From the IMG/VR virus record IMGVR_UViG_3300033066_000410, positions 21,391 through 85,390 of that record: a DNA stretch of 64,000 nucleotides; one strand, written 5' to 3'. The translations under genes were made by a program, and so were the position numbers. Under the pieces are notes generated by a model, which was given only the letters and a program-made list of their open reading frames with translations, made no database searches and was not told where the DNA came from. Origin of the DNA: a virus (lineage: Duplodnaviria > Caudoviricetes). Every line of letters starts with the position of its first letter. Positions within the stretch are counted from its first letter, which is position 1. Shown here piece by piece: positions 1 to 9,691 of this stretch.

Positions 1-26
1 AGAAAACGGTTTCGCTGTAATAGCCA

Positions 27-656
27 TTATATGTAATTTACGTTTATAGTTGACGAATTAGAATCCACAAACCAAGAATACAAAGGAACCACTTTTTTTA
101 CAAAGTCTGTAAATACAGAAGAAGTGTCCTGAGAATCCTCAATAGTAATTGTTATTTCACTATAGTAATCTTCCCAAGAACCGTCTAGTAACGTAGGAAT
201 AAGTAGCGGGTCGGTTAGAGGAGATTGAGGGTCTAACTCATCCTCTAAATTCTGCCCATTAGGTAGTATACCGCCATCCAAGGTAAAAAAATGTATAAGC
301 GGGTATGGAATGTTATACTCAATAGTAACTGTTCCTTGAGATAAGCACTCAAGAAGTTTAATTAAGCCCCACTCAGTTCCTTTGCGGGAGAAAATAGAAT
401 ACTTATTAAAGTATAGGCACTCTAAAGAAACTTTAGGTGTGCTAATCAAAAAGTCGCCACCAAACTCCAGTATAAACCTTCTTAGGTCTTCTATTTTGGC
501 GTTGGTTAGAGGGTGGTAACTTTCCTCATAATTTTCTATCTCCGCGTTCCTAGCATCAACAACAGCATCTAAAACATTGCAAAGGCTTCGCAAGTTTGGG
601 TTGTTCTCCATAATACTAGGAGGTATGTGACCTGATATTTTTTTAAGCTCTCTCAT
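27..656 (-). CDS. baseplate wedge protein (P2 gpI / T4 gp7-like, putative)
   Basis: 209 aa; directly follows the baseplate J-like gene; contains an RKGTEWGL motif typical of gpI-like proteins. Confidence 0.5.
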   Translation of the reverse strand: MRELKKISGHIPPSIMENNPNLRSLCNVLDAVVDARNAEIENYEESYHPLTNAKIEDLRRFILEFGGDFLISTPKVSLECLYFNKYSIFSRKGTEWGLIKLLECLSQGTVTIEYNIPYPLIHFFTLDGGILPNGQNLEDELDPQSPLTDPLLIPTLLDGSWEDYYSEITITIEDSQDTSSVFTDFVKKVVPLYSWFVDSNSSTINVNYI

Positions 657-2173
657 TATTGCCCTCCAATTATGTTTACAGTTACGCTACTGTTATCCCA
701 ATCTATAAGCTGAGTGTTTTCGACAACGATGTCTGCCGGTGAAGCAGGAGAACCGGTAACGTATAAAGTGGTAAAATCAACGTTTTGAGCACCTGCCACA
801 TTGCTTATAATAAGACTAGCTAGCAAACTACGAACAACACCGGCCCCAAATTTTGCATAACGCTGAGCATCTAAGTAGTCCTGAACAACCTCATTTGCTA
901 CTGCCTGTGCGCCGGCGTTAGAAAATCCACTAAGTATATACACATCTATAACTGCCGTAATAGCAACGTAGCTAGCAGAAGAGACAAGCAGTGCTCTACC
1001 CATACCAAGTTTGCTGTGCGGAGTTAAAAAATAGTCCTCAACCTCTGCGCCTTGCGTTGGGCTAATATTCTGACTTCCTACAGGAACTACGAATAAGAAA
1101 GAGTAGTTGCTTATGTTTATGCTCTTAGCATTTTTAACCCACTGTAGCTCCTTGCAAATTGTCTCCACATCTTCGTCGCTAACGGCCCTGTTAAGGTTGC
1201 GCTGAAAACCTATTGCTCTTTGACGAAGAGTTTCTAATGGAAGAAGATTCGTTCCACCTAAAGCGTCCTCATTCTGAACAAATGAAACTATGCCTGTAGC
1301 TGTATTATCAGCCTTTAAAACGTTTAAGAAAGCGGAGGCTATATTCCCTATAGCACCTCCGCCGACTCTGTAAGTTAAAGTAAATGGTGTATTTAGAACA
1401 GGGTAAACACCAAAGCCACCTTTAGGAAATATAACCTCTGCCTGACCAAGTTCGTTGTAAAAAACCATAAAGTGCTTAGTGTTCGCTGCGCCAAGAGCAA
1501 AGGTCTGCGTCTCCACAAAACTAGCATCTCCGTTAAGGTCAAGTTTAACAGATAACTCGCAAACATTTTCATCGGTAATAATTATAGAGCGACCATTAAA
1601 ACTACCTGAAAGGCTCTTATACACTCCGTGGGAAAATGGAACCGCCAAGGTTTGATTGATGCCCGAAGACGGGATAGTAAACTCATCATTGGTAAATGTA
1701 AATAAGTCGTCGCTACCTTGTAAGCCTATAAGAATAGTTCCCCGAGGAACTGTTTCTCCCGAAGAAGTGGGCTGAAAAGTAACGTCAACGTCCATAACTG
1801 CCGACTTATTGCTAGGAGGTTTAAAGCCGTTGCTTGTAGCCTTATGCACCAAACTTCTATAAAGCTCTGCGGTAGTTCCAAAAGCCTCTTTAGAAAAGTG
1901 GTTTATATAAAACATATCCTTATCAGAAATAAGGGCAAAAAGTTCGACCAAAAATCTACCAAAATCCGATTTGCTTCGGTCAGTCCACTGAGGGAAGTAG
2001 GTGTCGGCCCACCCACCGGCTTTGAAAACACTGTCTACTATAGAAGCAAAATCTACAGAAGTAAGCTGCCCAAGGTTAGGGTTAAGTATTGAGTCACCAA
2101 TAACAATCAGCTTCGCCAACTCTTCGTTGGTATACCGGTTAAATGTTTGTAGTAGTTCCTGTCTTGTTGCCAT
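656..2173 (-). CDS. baseplate wedge subunit (baseplate J / T4 gp6-like)
   Basis: 505 aa; W-T-D-x-S-x-S-D-F-G N-terminus, YRVGGGAIGN, and RAVSDED motifs typical of gp6/J; position in baseplate module. Confidence 0.82.
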   Translation of the reverse strand: MATRQELLQTFNRYTNEELAKLIVIGDSILNPNLGQLTSVDFASIVDSVFKAGGWADTYFPQWTDRSKSDFGRFLVELFALISDKDMFYINHFSKEAFGTTAELYRSLVHKATSNGFKPPSNKSAVMDVDVTFQPTSSGETVPRGTILIGLQGSDDLFTFTNDEFTIPSSGINQTLAVPFSHGVYKSLSGSFNGRSIIITDENVCELSVKLDLNGDASFVETQTFALGAANTKHFMVFYNELGQAEVIFPKGGFGVYPVLNTPFTLTYRVGGGAIGNIASAFLNVLKADNTATGIVSFVQNEDALGGTNLLPLETLRQRAIGFQRNLNRAVSDEDVETICKELQWVKNAKSINISNYSFLFVVPVGSQNISPTQGAEVEDYFLTPHSKLGMGRALLVSSASYVAITAVIDVYILSGFSNAGAQAVANEVVQDYLDAQRYAKFGAGVVRSLLASLIISNVAGAQNVDFTTLYVTGSPASPADIVVENTQLIDWDNSSVTVNIIGGQ

Positions 2174-2176
2174 CGG

Positions 2177-2575
2177 TTATAAAGCTCGGGTGAAACGAAT
2201 AGTTTTTACTGTCTCCTGTTTATCAAGGGTGTAGCCGTAAGCTATATCCACATACAATTCTCTTCTTTTTGTTTGGTCTATCGGAAGGTCAACAGCCTTA
2301 ACATTAGCAAAAGGAGCATATTTTTGTGCGCTCTCTAGGAACATAAGACGAGCAACGTTTTTGTATCGGGAAATAAAAGAAGTGTCCTTTTGATATAACC
2401 AGTAAAGGTTAGGAACAAAATCTTGGGTGAAAATTCTAAACCACCCCATAAAGTGAATAAGCATACGCATGTTGTCGTCCACTTTATCAGTGCCACCATA
2501 CATATAAAGACCTCCCTTGCTGTTAAGGGAGATATAGGTGCCAAGACCAACATTTCTTGTATTTACATATCCCAT
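2177..2575 (-). CDS. gp25-like baseplate / sheath initiator (putative)
   Basis: 132 aa between spike and J-like genes; size and synteny. Confidence 0.5.
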   Translation of the reverse strand: MGYVNTRNVGLGTYISLNSKGGLYMYGGTDKVDDNMRMLIHFMGWFRIFTQDFVPNLYWLYQKDTSFISRYKNVARLMFLESAQKYAPFANVKAVDLPIDQTKRRELYVDIAYGYTLDKQETVKTIRFTRAL

Positions 2576-2585
2576 AGCGGCAAAT

Positions 2586-3398
2586 TTAATCTATTGTAAC
2601 TATTTCACTCTTGATTTTTGGTATTAACTGGTTGATGGCGTTGACCTGGCTGTTGTAAGAAGCTACCATAGTTCCAAACGTTGTAAATCCGGTAGCTAGA
2701 GGGCTTAAAGGGGGACTAGCGGACGCGCTAGCCTGTGTGGTAGCCATAGTAGTCATAGCCGACATTAAGTTACTTTGTAGCTGCATTATAGCTTTAAGCA
2801 CCTCTATTAGAATATCAGCATACGTAGCGGGGTGTGCGGAAGCATTTTCGCTACCTATGCTTATTTTACCTTGGTTGTTTACGTGAATAGTTTTACCATT
2901 TTCTGCGCTTATTATTATGCCTTTGTTCTTTTGCAGAATAATCTTACCCCCTCCATGCGTAAACGTAAACTTCTCTTTATCAGTGTCGAACTTAAAGCTG
3001 AAATTCTCGCCTTTTAGCTCTATAAACTTCTTTTCGTCATTGAACTCAAAACTATACTGCTCAGTCTTAAAAATAGCTACGCTAGGGTAACCATCTGCAT
3101 CGGGGTATTTTTTATCTAACGGGCACACGCCAATCCACGTAGGGTGAGAAGGGTTCCCATTCTCGAAAGTTACCCATAAAGAGACTTCATCTTTGTGCTT
3201 TTTAAGCCATTTTTCGTTTGGAACGTAGAACCACCCAAAAGGCATACAAGGTTTGGCATAGGTTAGCTTTCCACCAATAGAAACCTCTATATAGGTTTTA
3301 TCGTCAGAGTTAACCTTACCGGTAGCTTTTACCCTATAGCATCCGCCTAGCCGTTGGTCTTTAACTACGTCCCAAATAAGTTCTTCTAAATCGTCCAT
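2586..3398 (-). CDS. baseplate central spike (gp5/gpV-like, OB fold)
   Basis: VWVTFENGNPSHPTWIG resembles the gpV/VgrG OB-fold end, followed by beta-strand repeats. Confidence 0.72.
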   Translation of the reverse strand: MDDLEELIWDVVKDQRLGGCYRVKATGKVNSDDKTYIEVSIGGKLTYAKPCMPFGWFYVPNEKWLKKHKDEVSLWVTFENGNPSHPTWIGVCPLDKKYPDADGYPSVAIFKTEQYSFEFNDEKKFIELKGENFSFKFDTDKEKFTFTHGGGKIILQKNKGIIISAENGKTIHVNNQGKISIGSENASAHPATYADILIEVLKAIMQLQSNLMSAMTTMATTQASASASPPLSPLATGFTTFGTMVASYNSQVNAINQLIPKIKSEIVTID

Positions 3399-3399
3399 T

Positions 3400-4929
3400 T
3401 TACTTTGTAAAAGTTAACTTCATCATAAATCCTTCTCGGCCCCAAGTATACACCTTTCTAAAAAGATAGTATTTAGCAGCATATTTGCCAAGACCCTCCA
3501 AAAAATAACTAACTCTTGTTTGAATATCGAGGTTACCGTAAGCGGTAACTGTTATATGAAAGCCGGCATCACGTTTTTTCTTTTTCTTACCATCATCGGC
3601 AGAAGCAGATTCTTTTTCAGAGGAGCGATTTTCAACTTTATTGTCGTCAGGAGTTTTCCTGTCACAATACATTTTAACATCATCCCAATCCGCCTCTCCA
3701 CGGTAAAATTTACCAAAAAACTCATTCATCTTTTCTCGTGGCATTTTTGAAACCTTAGTAGGATTAACCTCCCAAGCCGACTGGTCGTCTTCGGGGTCAA
3801 CATTAGCCGTGGCTGATGCGTTGCCGGTAGTTGGAGAAGTGTTTCCGGTAGTCACACCATCTTTCTTAGGGTCGCCGGAAAGTTTAACTATCTCAATTTT
3901 AGCGGGGGTTGGGTCTCGGGCAGATAATTCCGTTATTGAAATCTTTTTAAAATAGCCTGAAACGTCTTCCCACGTAGCATTTCCTGATGAGGTAAGGAGT
4001 AGTAGCTCATTCTGCTCTTCGTAGCTTAAACGCTCTAATTTCTCTTTATCGAGTATGTAGGTATTCCAGTCACCATTAGCATCCTGCTCCTGTTTTGTAA
4101 GCACATCGTTACCTTCTTTGTCCTGAGAAACAGTTAAGTCAGTTTTAGCACCTCCTTTTAGCGGGTCAAGCTCTAAATCAACTTCAAGCATCTGTATTTG
4201 CTTGTCACTAGATTGCACCACTTTAAATTCATTTCCGACTCTAGCGGGAAAGAAAAAAGTATGGTCAGCAACCCTATTCACGCAACGAGCCTCATCGTCA
4301 ACGTAAATATAGACCTTACCATCTTTGAAAGTAAACCACATAATGCTACTAGTTTCTTTACAAAGATTAAGCATGAACCTATAATCGGTAATCTTGTGCT
4401 GCCTTTTTGGGCTTGTTGAAGTATACGTAATATCCTTTTTTGGAGAAATTCTACCGATTAAAAAACCACAATCTTTAGCCAAGTTGGTTATTATCTCTGT
4501 AGCGGTTATTTTATTCACCTTACCCCAGTCAAAAGGGCAGTTAGAAGAAGGAAAGAACCGGTCAGAAACTAAAAGAGCACTCATAACCCACTCATGCCCG
4601 TAGCATTCAATAGAAAGAGTTATGTCTCCATTAGGTCTAAACAGGGGTTTGATTTGCTTAATAAAGCCGGCAAAAACTAACTCATTTCTGTCTAGGGTTC
4701 CTCCGATAAGGTCTACACGCATACCAAGAGTTAATACGTCCATCCACAAATAACCGTTGCGAAGATTAAAACTCAAAAGTCTTATTTTCTCGTCTTCATC
4801 AGAGTATATAACATCATCAATTACATCTTCGGTAAGGTCTTGCTTTGCAATCTTACCGGTCTTTTTTCCGGTGCTGTCTTTCTCATCACTGGAAACTGTA
4901 ATGTTGTAATATTGGTCTCTATAGCCCAT
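3400..4929 (-). CDS. baseplate hub (T4 gp27 / P2 gpD-like)
   Basis: 509 aa; VFAGFI, TDYRFM motifs and C-terminal GN..I......LEGLGKYAAKYY region; synteny. Confidence 0.68.
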   Translation of the reverse strand: MGYRDQYYNITVSSDEKDSTGKKTGKIAKQDLTEDVIDDVIYSDEDEKIRLLSFNLRNGYLWMDVLTLGMRVDLIGGTLDRNELVFAGFIKQIKPLFRPNGDITLSIECYGHEWVMSALLVSDRFFPSSNCPFDWGKVNKITATEIITNLAKDCGFLIGRISPKKDITYTSTSPKRQHKITDYRFMLNLCKETSSIMWFTFKDGKVYIYVDDEARCVNRVADHTFFFPARVGNEFKVVQSSDKQIQMLEVDLELDPLKGGAKTDLTVSQDKEGNDVLTKQEQDANGDWNTYILDKEKLERLSYEEQNELLLLTSSGNATWEDVSGYFKKISITELSARDPTPAKIEIVKLSGDPKKDGVTTGNTSPTTGNASATANVDPEDDQSAWEVNPTKVSKMPREKMNEFFGKFYRGEADWDDVKMYCDRKTPDDNKVENRSSEKESASADDGKKKKKRDAGFHITVTAYGNLDIQTRVSYFLEGLGKYAAKYYLFRKVYTWGREGFMMKLTFTK

Positions 4930-5216
4930 TATAAAATTTCAACTTTTGTGTATGAGTTCTCTACCACGGCTTCTGCTAAAATAATTGTGTCACCTATTTC
5001 GTATTCAAACGGGTCTCTAGGTTTGTTCATGTCTGCAATTATCCACCAATACGAATCAGTCCCAAACAAACTCTCAGAAAGTGTGTAAGGGTTCTCATCG
5101 TAGTTAAGCCGGTAAGGATAGGTATTTACTGCAACAATATTATCCCTAAACTTAAAGTGTGGCCTACCACCTGAAAGTTTGGTTTTTATCTGATGCTCTG
5201 TAGAATAATACATCAT
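4929..5216 (-). CDS. LysM-like baseplate protein (gpX / gp53-like)
   Basis: LSESLFGTDSYWWIIADMN...IGDTIIL LysM-like pattern. Confidence 0.65.
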   Translation of the reverse strand: MMYYSTEHQIKTKLSGGRPHFKFRDNIVAVNTYPYRLNYDENPYTLSESLFGTDSYWWIIADMNKPRDPFEYEIGDTIILAEAVVENSYTKVEIL

Positions 5217-6025
5217 GTTCTTAGGTAGCTTGGTTGTTTGTAGTTCTTAGTTTGGTCAGATAAATTTTGACTGTATGCGGGTGTGGAAGTTTCCTGTAAA
5301 GTTCCACCTCTAACCCAAATAAAATCAAGAGTAGCTTCTAACCTTCTGCAAATTAGTTCAGAGTTGGGAGCACTTAATGTATAGTCTACATTATCAATAT
5401 ACCCTTCGCGCCAAATGTTCCCATAAAAAAACCGGCAGATAGGAGGAGCAACAAATTTTAGCTTAGGGTTTTTCTTATTATACTGAGAAATATTAGTATT
5501 AATATCCTGAGCGTTGCGAACTACAACGGACGAAGCTGTAGCACCTTTTTGTCTATTAAAATACAAAAGTCTCTCTAGGTCAGGCCCAACTCCAAACTTT
5601 TCATTCGCCGTAGTGTTTTGCTCGTAATGTGGGGAAACATTAAGGTCAGAAGGAACAAAGTTAAACTGTGTATCTCTTCCCTTAAAAGCCGCTTTCGTCT
5701 CTGCCAAGATACTTCTTATTCTTTGCTGAAAGCTAGGCATTAGCTGAAAAGCAGACTTTTTATTTTCCCATAAATCTAAGTGCTGATTAGAACCCCCCGA
5801 TTCCGGCGTTCTATCAACAAAGATATTTAACGGAAAACTCTTTGGTCTACCGGAAACCCATAAAACGTCAGCCTCATCGGAACCAGTTAAAACTCGTTGG
5901 TTAAACTCCTGACTTTCTACAAATCGAAGAGTGTGTGGAGCAAACATGAATTGAAACATGTTCTCACCCTTCTCATCGCAGAAGTAGGCTATCTTTCTAT
6001 TTGCCGGTATTGATAATAGTTCCAT
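5213..6025 (-). CDS. tail tube initiator (CIS-tube / gp48-54-like, putative)
   Basis: FQFMFAP N-terminus and APPICRFFYG...GYIDNVDYT...RRLEATL C-terminus; lies between tape measure and LysM genes. Confidence 0.58.
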   Translation of the reverse strand: MELLSIPANRKIAYFCDEKGENMFQFMFAPHTLRFVESQEFNQRVLTGSDEADVLWVSGRPKSFPLNIFVDRTPESGGSNQHLDLWENKKSAFQLMPSFQQRIRSILAETKAAFKGRDTQFNFVPSDLNVSPHYEQNTTANEKFGVGPDLERLLYFNRQKGATASSVVVRNAQDINTNISQYNKKNPKLKFVAPPICRFFYGNIWREGYIDNVDYTLSAPNSELICRRLEATLDFIWVRGGTLQETSTPAYSQNLSDQTKNYKQPSYLRT

Positions 6026-8202
6026 TAGTTACCTCCTTGTTTGTGCATTTCTCTTAAATACCTAGCTGTTTGCTCTGCATGTTCTTTGGCAGAGGTTGTG
6101 TTTAACTGAGTTCCCGAAGGAAGGAGGAAGTTAACATCAACTTTTTGAATTGTCACAGTGCCCTTATTATCTGAATTGGCAGCGGGACTAGCCCCCTTAC
6201 TAACTGGAAGAACCCTAAAATTGCTGAAAGGGTCGTTAATCTCCGCAGCACGTTTAGCTCTAGCTTGTTTTTCCTGAGCAGTCATTTGACGAAACTGTCC
6301 ATTCTCCAAAATCATGTCTTCGTTAATACTAACGTCACTTCCTTTATTTCTAGCAGCATCTTTTTCACCAAACTGGTTAACCGGAATTTCGGGGTGGTCT
6401 TTCAAGTAATTTTGGAACCATTGCTGACTTTCATCACGAATATCTTTTCCAGTGCCATATTTATTATCATACCACTTGTAGGTCATAAAGCCGGCAACTG
6501 CTGTAGCCAAGGCTGCTAAAACGTAAGGATTCGTAGCGTAGCTCATAGCAGAAGAAAGTAGACCTCTTGCTCCTGCCGCACCTGCGCCGGTTCCGGTAAC
6601 TCCTCCCAAACCTCCACCGATTCCGCCAAGTCCGCTACCTGGCATATTGAGCACCCAAACGTAAGTATACTCTCCAGTAGCCAAAGCCGCCTTAGCGGTC
6701 ATATCCTGTATTTTCTTACTCAAAAAATTAGGTGCGAACATTTGAGCTAGGCCGGAACCAATTTTTCCAAGACCTCCTAAAGCGGAACCTACACTGCTAA
6801 CGACAGGAGCAACTAGTTTCCATGAAAGAAGAAGCGCGGTAATTGTGCCTAAGCGGTCACCCAACTTTTCCATGTTTATCATGTTCTTACTATCTCCAAT
6901 GATTCCAAATAGTTTTCCAAAGAATGTAAGCACCGGAGATACAACGTCCCAAAACTTTCCCATCGTGTCTAAGAACCCTTTCTTAAAACCAGTAAGGAAA
7001 TCCATCACTCGAATCTTAATAAGATACATGAAAACAATAAACGGAGCAACTTTGTTTTTCCAGTCAGAGAACCATGCGTCAGTAGCCTTTATAAAGTCTA
7101 CGAATTTATTTGTTGTCTTATCAAGAAAACCATCTACGGAACTCCATATAGTTTTAAACAAACCTCCCATTCCGTGTGCGATACGCTCAAAACTAGGAGC
7201 CAGTTCACGCAACTTATTTACCTGCTTAGACAGGGTAACACTAACCGCGTTAGAGAAGGTTCCAACCTCCTGTGAAACACCTACTAAATCTAGTTTAAAG
7301 TAGTTGTATATGTTGTGTAAAGAACTCAAAGAGCCGGCAATAGTTCTACTCATTTTTTCAGCAGCACCGCTCTCCATTATTCCTAAAAACTTAATAAGAG
7401 CCTCACCATACTCTTTAGTGCCCTTTTTAGCGGCGGCAAGGGAGGGGAGCAACTTGGTAAGCTCCTCGTTACGTTTCTTATTTTTTCCATCGTCTAAATC
7501 AGTAAAACTACCCATCGCGTTCTTAGCGATTGTAGGAAGACCTGCCTGTGTTATACCAAGGTTAGAAAGTCGTTGGAAGCTGCCTGACATAGATGCCTGA
7601 GCAACTATTTGGGTGGCCCGAGTGAGGTCAATGGCAGTAGCACCTGCTGCGCCGTTAGTTATTCGCTTACCTGCTGCAAAATCTGCTATATAGCGAAGGT
7701 TCCTATCAGCTTGTTTACTGGTCTTAGCCATTCCATTCATAGCCAAGTTAGCTACCGACTCGTGAATTTCATCTATGCTGAACATAGGATTCTCCATTTC
7801 AAACTTCCTAGCCGCTCGAAAGTGTTCCTTCACACGAGTAGCACTGCCAAACACTGTCATTAGTCGGGCATACACACCTTCTAACTCTGTAGCCGTGTGT
7901 AATAAGGAGTGCCCAAAGGCTCCCAAGCCCGTAGCCCCTAACAAACCAAATAGTGCTGTCTTTAAGTTGAATACAGAGTGTATGACACTATTTACTCCGC
8001 CGTTGAGTGTGGAAAATATACCCTTCATGCCGCCAAAAAAACCGCCGAAGTTCATATTCTTAAACGAGTTCATAACCGACTTAGAGATGCCGTTCAGCTT
8101 ATTCTGAAACTGGTTTAGGAACCCATTCATGCCTTGGTTGGCTTGATTAGGGTTAACAAACATATTCAGGTTTACCCCAAAGTTCATTACACCATTGCTC
8201 AT
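6025..8202 (-). CDS. tape measure protein
   Basis: 725 aa helical, Ala/Gly-rich, with periodic aromatic residues; downstream of the tail chaperone. Confidence 0.85.
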   Translation of the reverse strand: MSNGVMNFGVNLNMFVNPNQANQGMNGFLNQFQNKLNGISKSVMNSFKNMNFGGFFGGMKGIFSTLNGGVNSVIHSVFNLKTALFGLLGATGLGAFGHSLLHTATELEGVYARLMTVFGSATRVKEHFRAARKFEMENPMFSIDEIHESVANLAMNGMAKTSKQADRNLRYIADFAAGKRITNGAAGATAIDLTRATQIVAQASMSGSFQRLSNLGITQAGLPTIAKNAMGSFTDLDDGKNKKRNEELTKLLPSLAAAKKGTKEYGEALIKFLGIMESGAAEKMSRTIAGSLSSLHNIYNYFKLDLVGVSQEVGTFSNAVSVTLSKQVNKLRELAPSFERIAHGMGGLFKTIWSSVDGFLDKTTNKFVDFIKATDAWFSDWKNKVAPFIVFMYLIKIRVMDFLTGFKKGFLDTMGKFWDVVSPVLTFFGKLFGIIGDSKNMINMEKLGDRLGTITALLLSWKLVAPVVSSVGSALGGLGKIGSGLAQMFAPNFLSKKIQDMTAKAALATGEYTYVWVLNMPGSGLGGIGGGLGGVTGTGAGAAGARGLLSSAMSYATNPYVLAALATAVAGFMTYKWYDNKYGTGKDIRDESQQWFQNYLKDHPEIPVNQFGEKDAARNKGSDVSINEDMILENGQFRQMTAQEKQARAKRAAEINDPFSNFRVLPVSKGASPAANSDNKGTVTIQKVDVNFLLPSGTQLNTTSAKEHAEQTARYLREMHKQGGN

Positions 8203-8489
8203 GTCATGCTATCGTTTTGCTCCTTCTCTTTTTTCCAAGATGCAAGCTCGAGTTTAAAAAAATACAACCTGTCTTCCCTTGTCATTTTAAGTAACTCTGA
8301 ATACGGCTGCTTCAACCTTCGCATCAAAAATAAGCATTGTAACTGTAACGAAGGTATTTCTTCGTCCTCAATAAAAAAACAGCCTATCCAGTCGGTGTTG
8401 AGCCACGACAAGATAGAAAAATCTTTCGGATATGATTTTATCGGGATAAACTGCCCTCCTAAGAAAAGTTTATTGATTAAGAGAAAAAA
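8199..8489 (-). CDS. -1 frameshift extension of tail assembly chaperone (gpGT-like)
   Basis: -1 frame is open from the slippery site at 8489 through track ORF 8199..8411 to its stop (translated by hand). Confidence 0.68.
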   Translation of the reverse strand, partial: FFLLINKLFLGGQFIPIKSYPKDFSILSWLNTDWIGCFFIEDEEIPSLQLQCLFLMRRLKQPYSELLKMTREDRLYFFKLELASWKKEKEQNDSMT

Positions 8490-9328
8490 TCACTCGGAGC
8501 AACGAAGTATGGTATTTTTCTACGCTTAGGGCATGGGCAATCCTGTTCGTAATACATCTTAGCAGATGGTAGAGAAGTTTGTAAGCCGCTACGAACTGCT
8601 CTAAGGGTTTTAGTGTCCCAATCTTTGCGGAAAAGTAGCTTACCTCTGCCGGTAATAAATTGTTGGCTGATGAACTCTTTTTGCTCCGCTTTTTCGCCTT
8701 CATACTCTAGTCCAATAAGGCAGTCGAAAGCGATGTTCTGCCAAAATAGAACCTCATCTTGGGCAACTTTTTCGTGGCGGATAGCATCGGCTAAAACCGG
8801 TATGCGAAAAACGGCTACATTATATTGCTTTCCCTCATAGTCTTTAAGTGCATCAACACCGGTGTTTATTATGTAGGTGCTGCCAAGTTTAACTCTTATG
8901 TTCTCAGGTATTGGAGACTCAGCATCGAAAGGAACCTCAATCTTATTTAGGTCAACCTCCGGTATAGTAAGAGATTCAGCGCAGAATTTACAAACGGTTG
9001 TTTGGTCTTTGATAATATCCTGCCAACATTCTCTCTGTATTTGCAAAAGAAGATTACCTACGTCAGTTAAAGGAATTTGGGTAACAATCTCGGGAACCAT
9101 TCTGCCGGTTTCCTCGCTGTCAAAAAATGGTTTTGCTACTGGTGTTGAGCCTATAGCTACAACAGATGCAGAAATAACATCGGCAAACCAAGAGTAAAGG
9201 CTTGATGTTGATTTTTCCTGCGTGTAAACTCTCTCTACGTTTGCGCTACCTCTGTTTATGGTAAGCTCTTTAATTGGCTGTCCGTCTGTTGATTTAACTC
9301 CTACAGATAGTTTAAAAGTTTTCGACAT
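8477..9328 (-). CDS. tail assembly chaperone (gpG-like)
   Basis: 283 aa upstream of the tape measure; CKFC and CPCP Cys pairs; ends in a slippery heptamer. Confidence 0.65.
   Translation of the reverse strand: MSKTFKLSVGVKSTDGQPIKELTINRGSANVERVYTQEKSTSSLYSWFADVISASVVAIGSTPVAKPFFDSEETGRMVPEIVTQIPLTDVGNLLLQIQRECWQDIIKDQTTVCKFCAESLTIPEVDLNKIEVPFDAESPIPENIRVKLGSTYIINTGVDALKDYEGKQYNVAVFRIPVLADAIRHEKVAQDEVLFWQNIAFDCLIGLEYEGEKAEQKEFISQQFITGRGKLLFRKDWDTKTLRAVRSGLQTSLPSAKMYYEQDCPCPKRRKIPYFVAPSDFFS
8483..8489 (-). other. programmed -1 frameshift slippery site T TTT TTC
   Basis: GAT TTT TTC TCT TAA at the end of the chaperone ORF; XXXYYYZ pattern. Confidence 0.68.
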
Positions 9329-9353
9329 GATTGCTTCGGTTTTAGTTAGGGAA

Positions 9354-9361
9354 CAAATATA
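9354..9361 (-). promoter_or_regulatory. Bacteroidota-type -7 promoter element TATATTTG
   Basis: exact TAnnTTTG match 26 nt upstream of the chaperone ATG. Confidence 0.6.
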
Positions 9362-9366
9362 AAAAC

Positions 9367-9396
9367 AAAAAAGACTATCCGAATAATCGAATAGCC
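9367..9396 (-). terminator. intrinsic terminator
   Basis: ggctattcga-ttat-tcggatagtc hairpin followed by a U-tract on the minus strand. Confidence 0.7.
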
Positions 9397-9432
9397 TTTT
9401 TGTAAGCCACGGCTGGTGCGCAAGCCTGGCTT

Positions 9433-9657
9433 TTAGTTAGTTATAACCCAATCAGCAGCTACGCCGGCTACTGCCTCGCGGAAGTAGAACTTGTGGTTAG
9501 TGGTATCAATGTAGGTAGAACCAATAGGGTAACGGTCTACGTTAGTCGCTATTTCGTCGTTGTTCGCAGGAGCACCGGTGCCTTTAAGGGCTACAGGGTC
9601 TACAACTTCTACATCTTTGTAAGGGCCAGATAATACTTTAAGGTTGGTTGTTGCCAT
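9433..9657 (-). CDS. small virion decoration / fibre-type protein (putative)
   Basis: 74 aa; GTGAP...PIGSTYIDT...FYF...W pattern seen in fibre N-terminal and decoration domains. Confidence 0.45.
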   Translation of the reverse strand: MATTNLKVLSGPYKDVEVVDPVALKGTGAPANNDEIATNVDRYPIGSTYIDTTNHKFYFREAVAGVAADWVITN

Positions 9658-9691
9658 GATTTTTATTTTTTGTGGTTGTTTACTTAATTAA

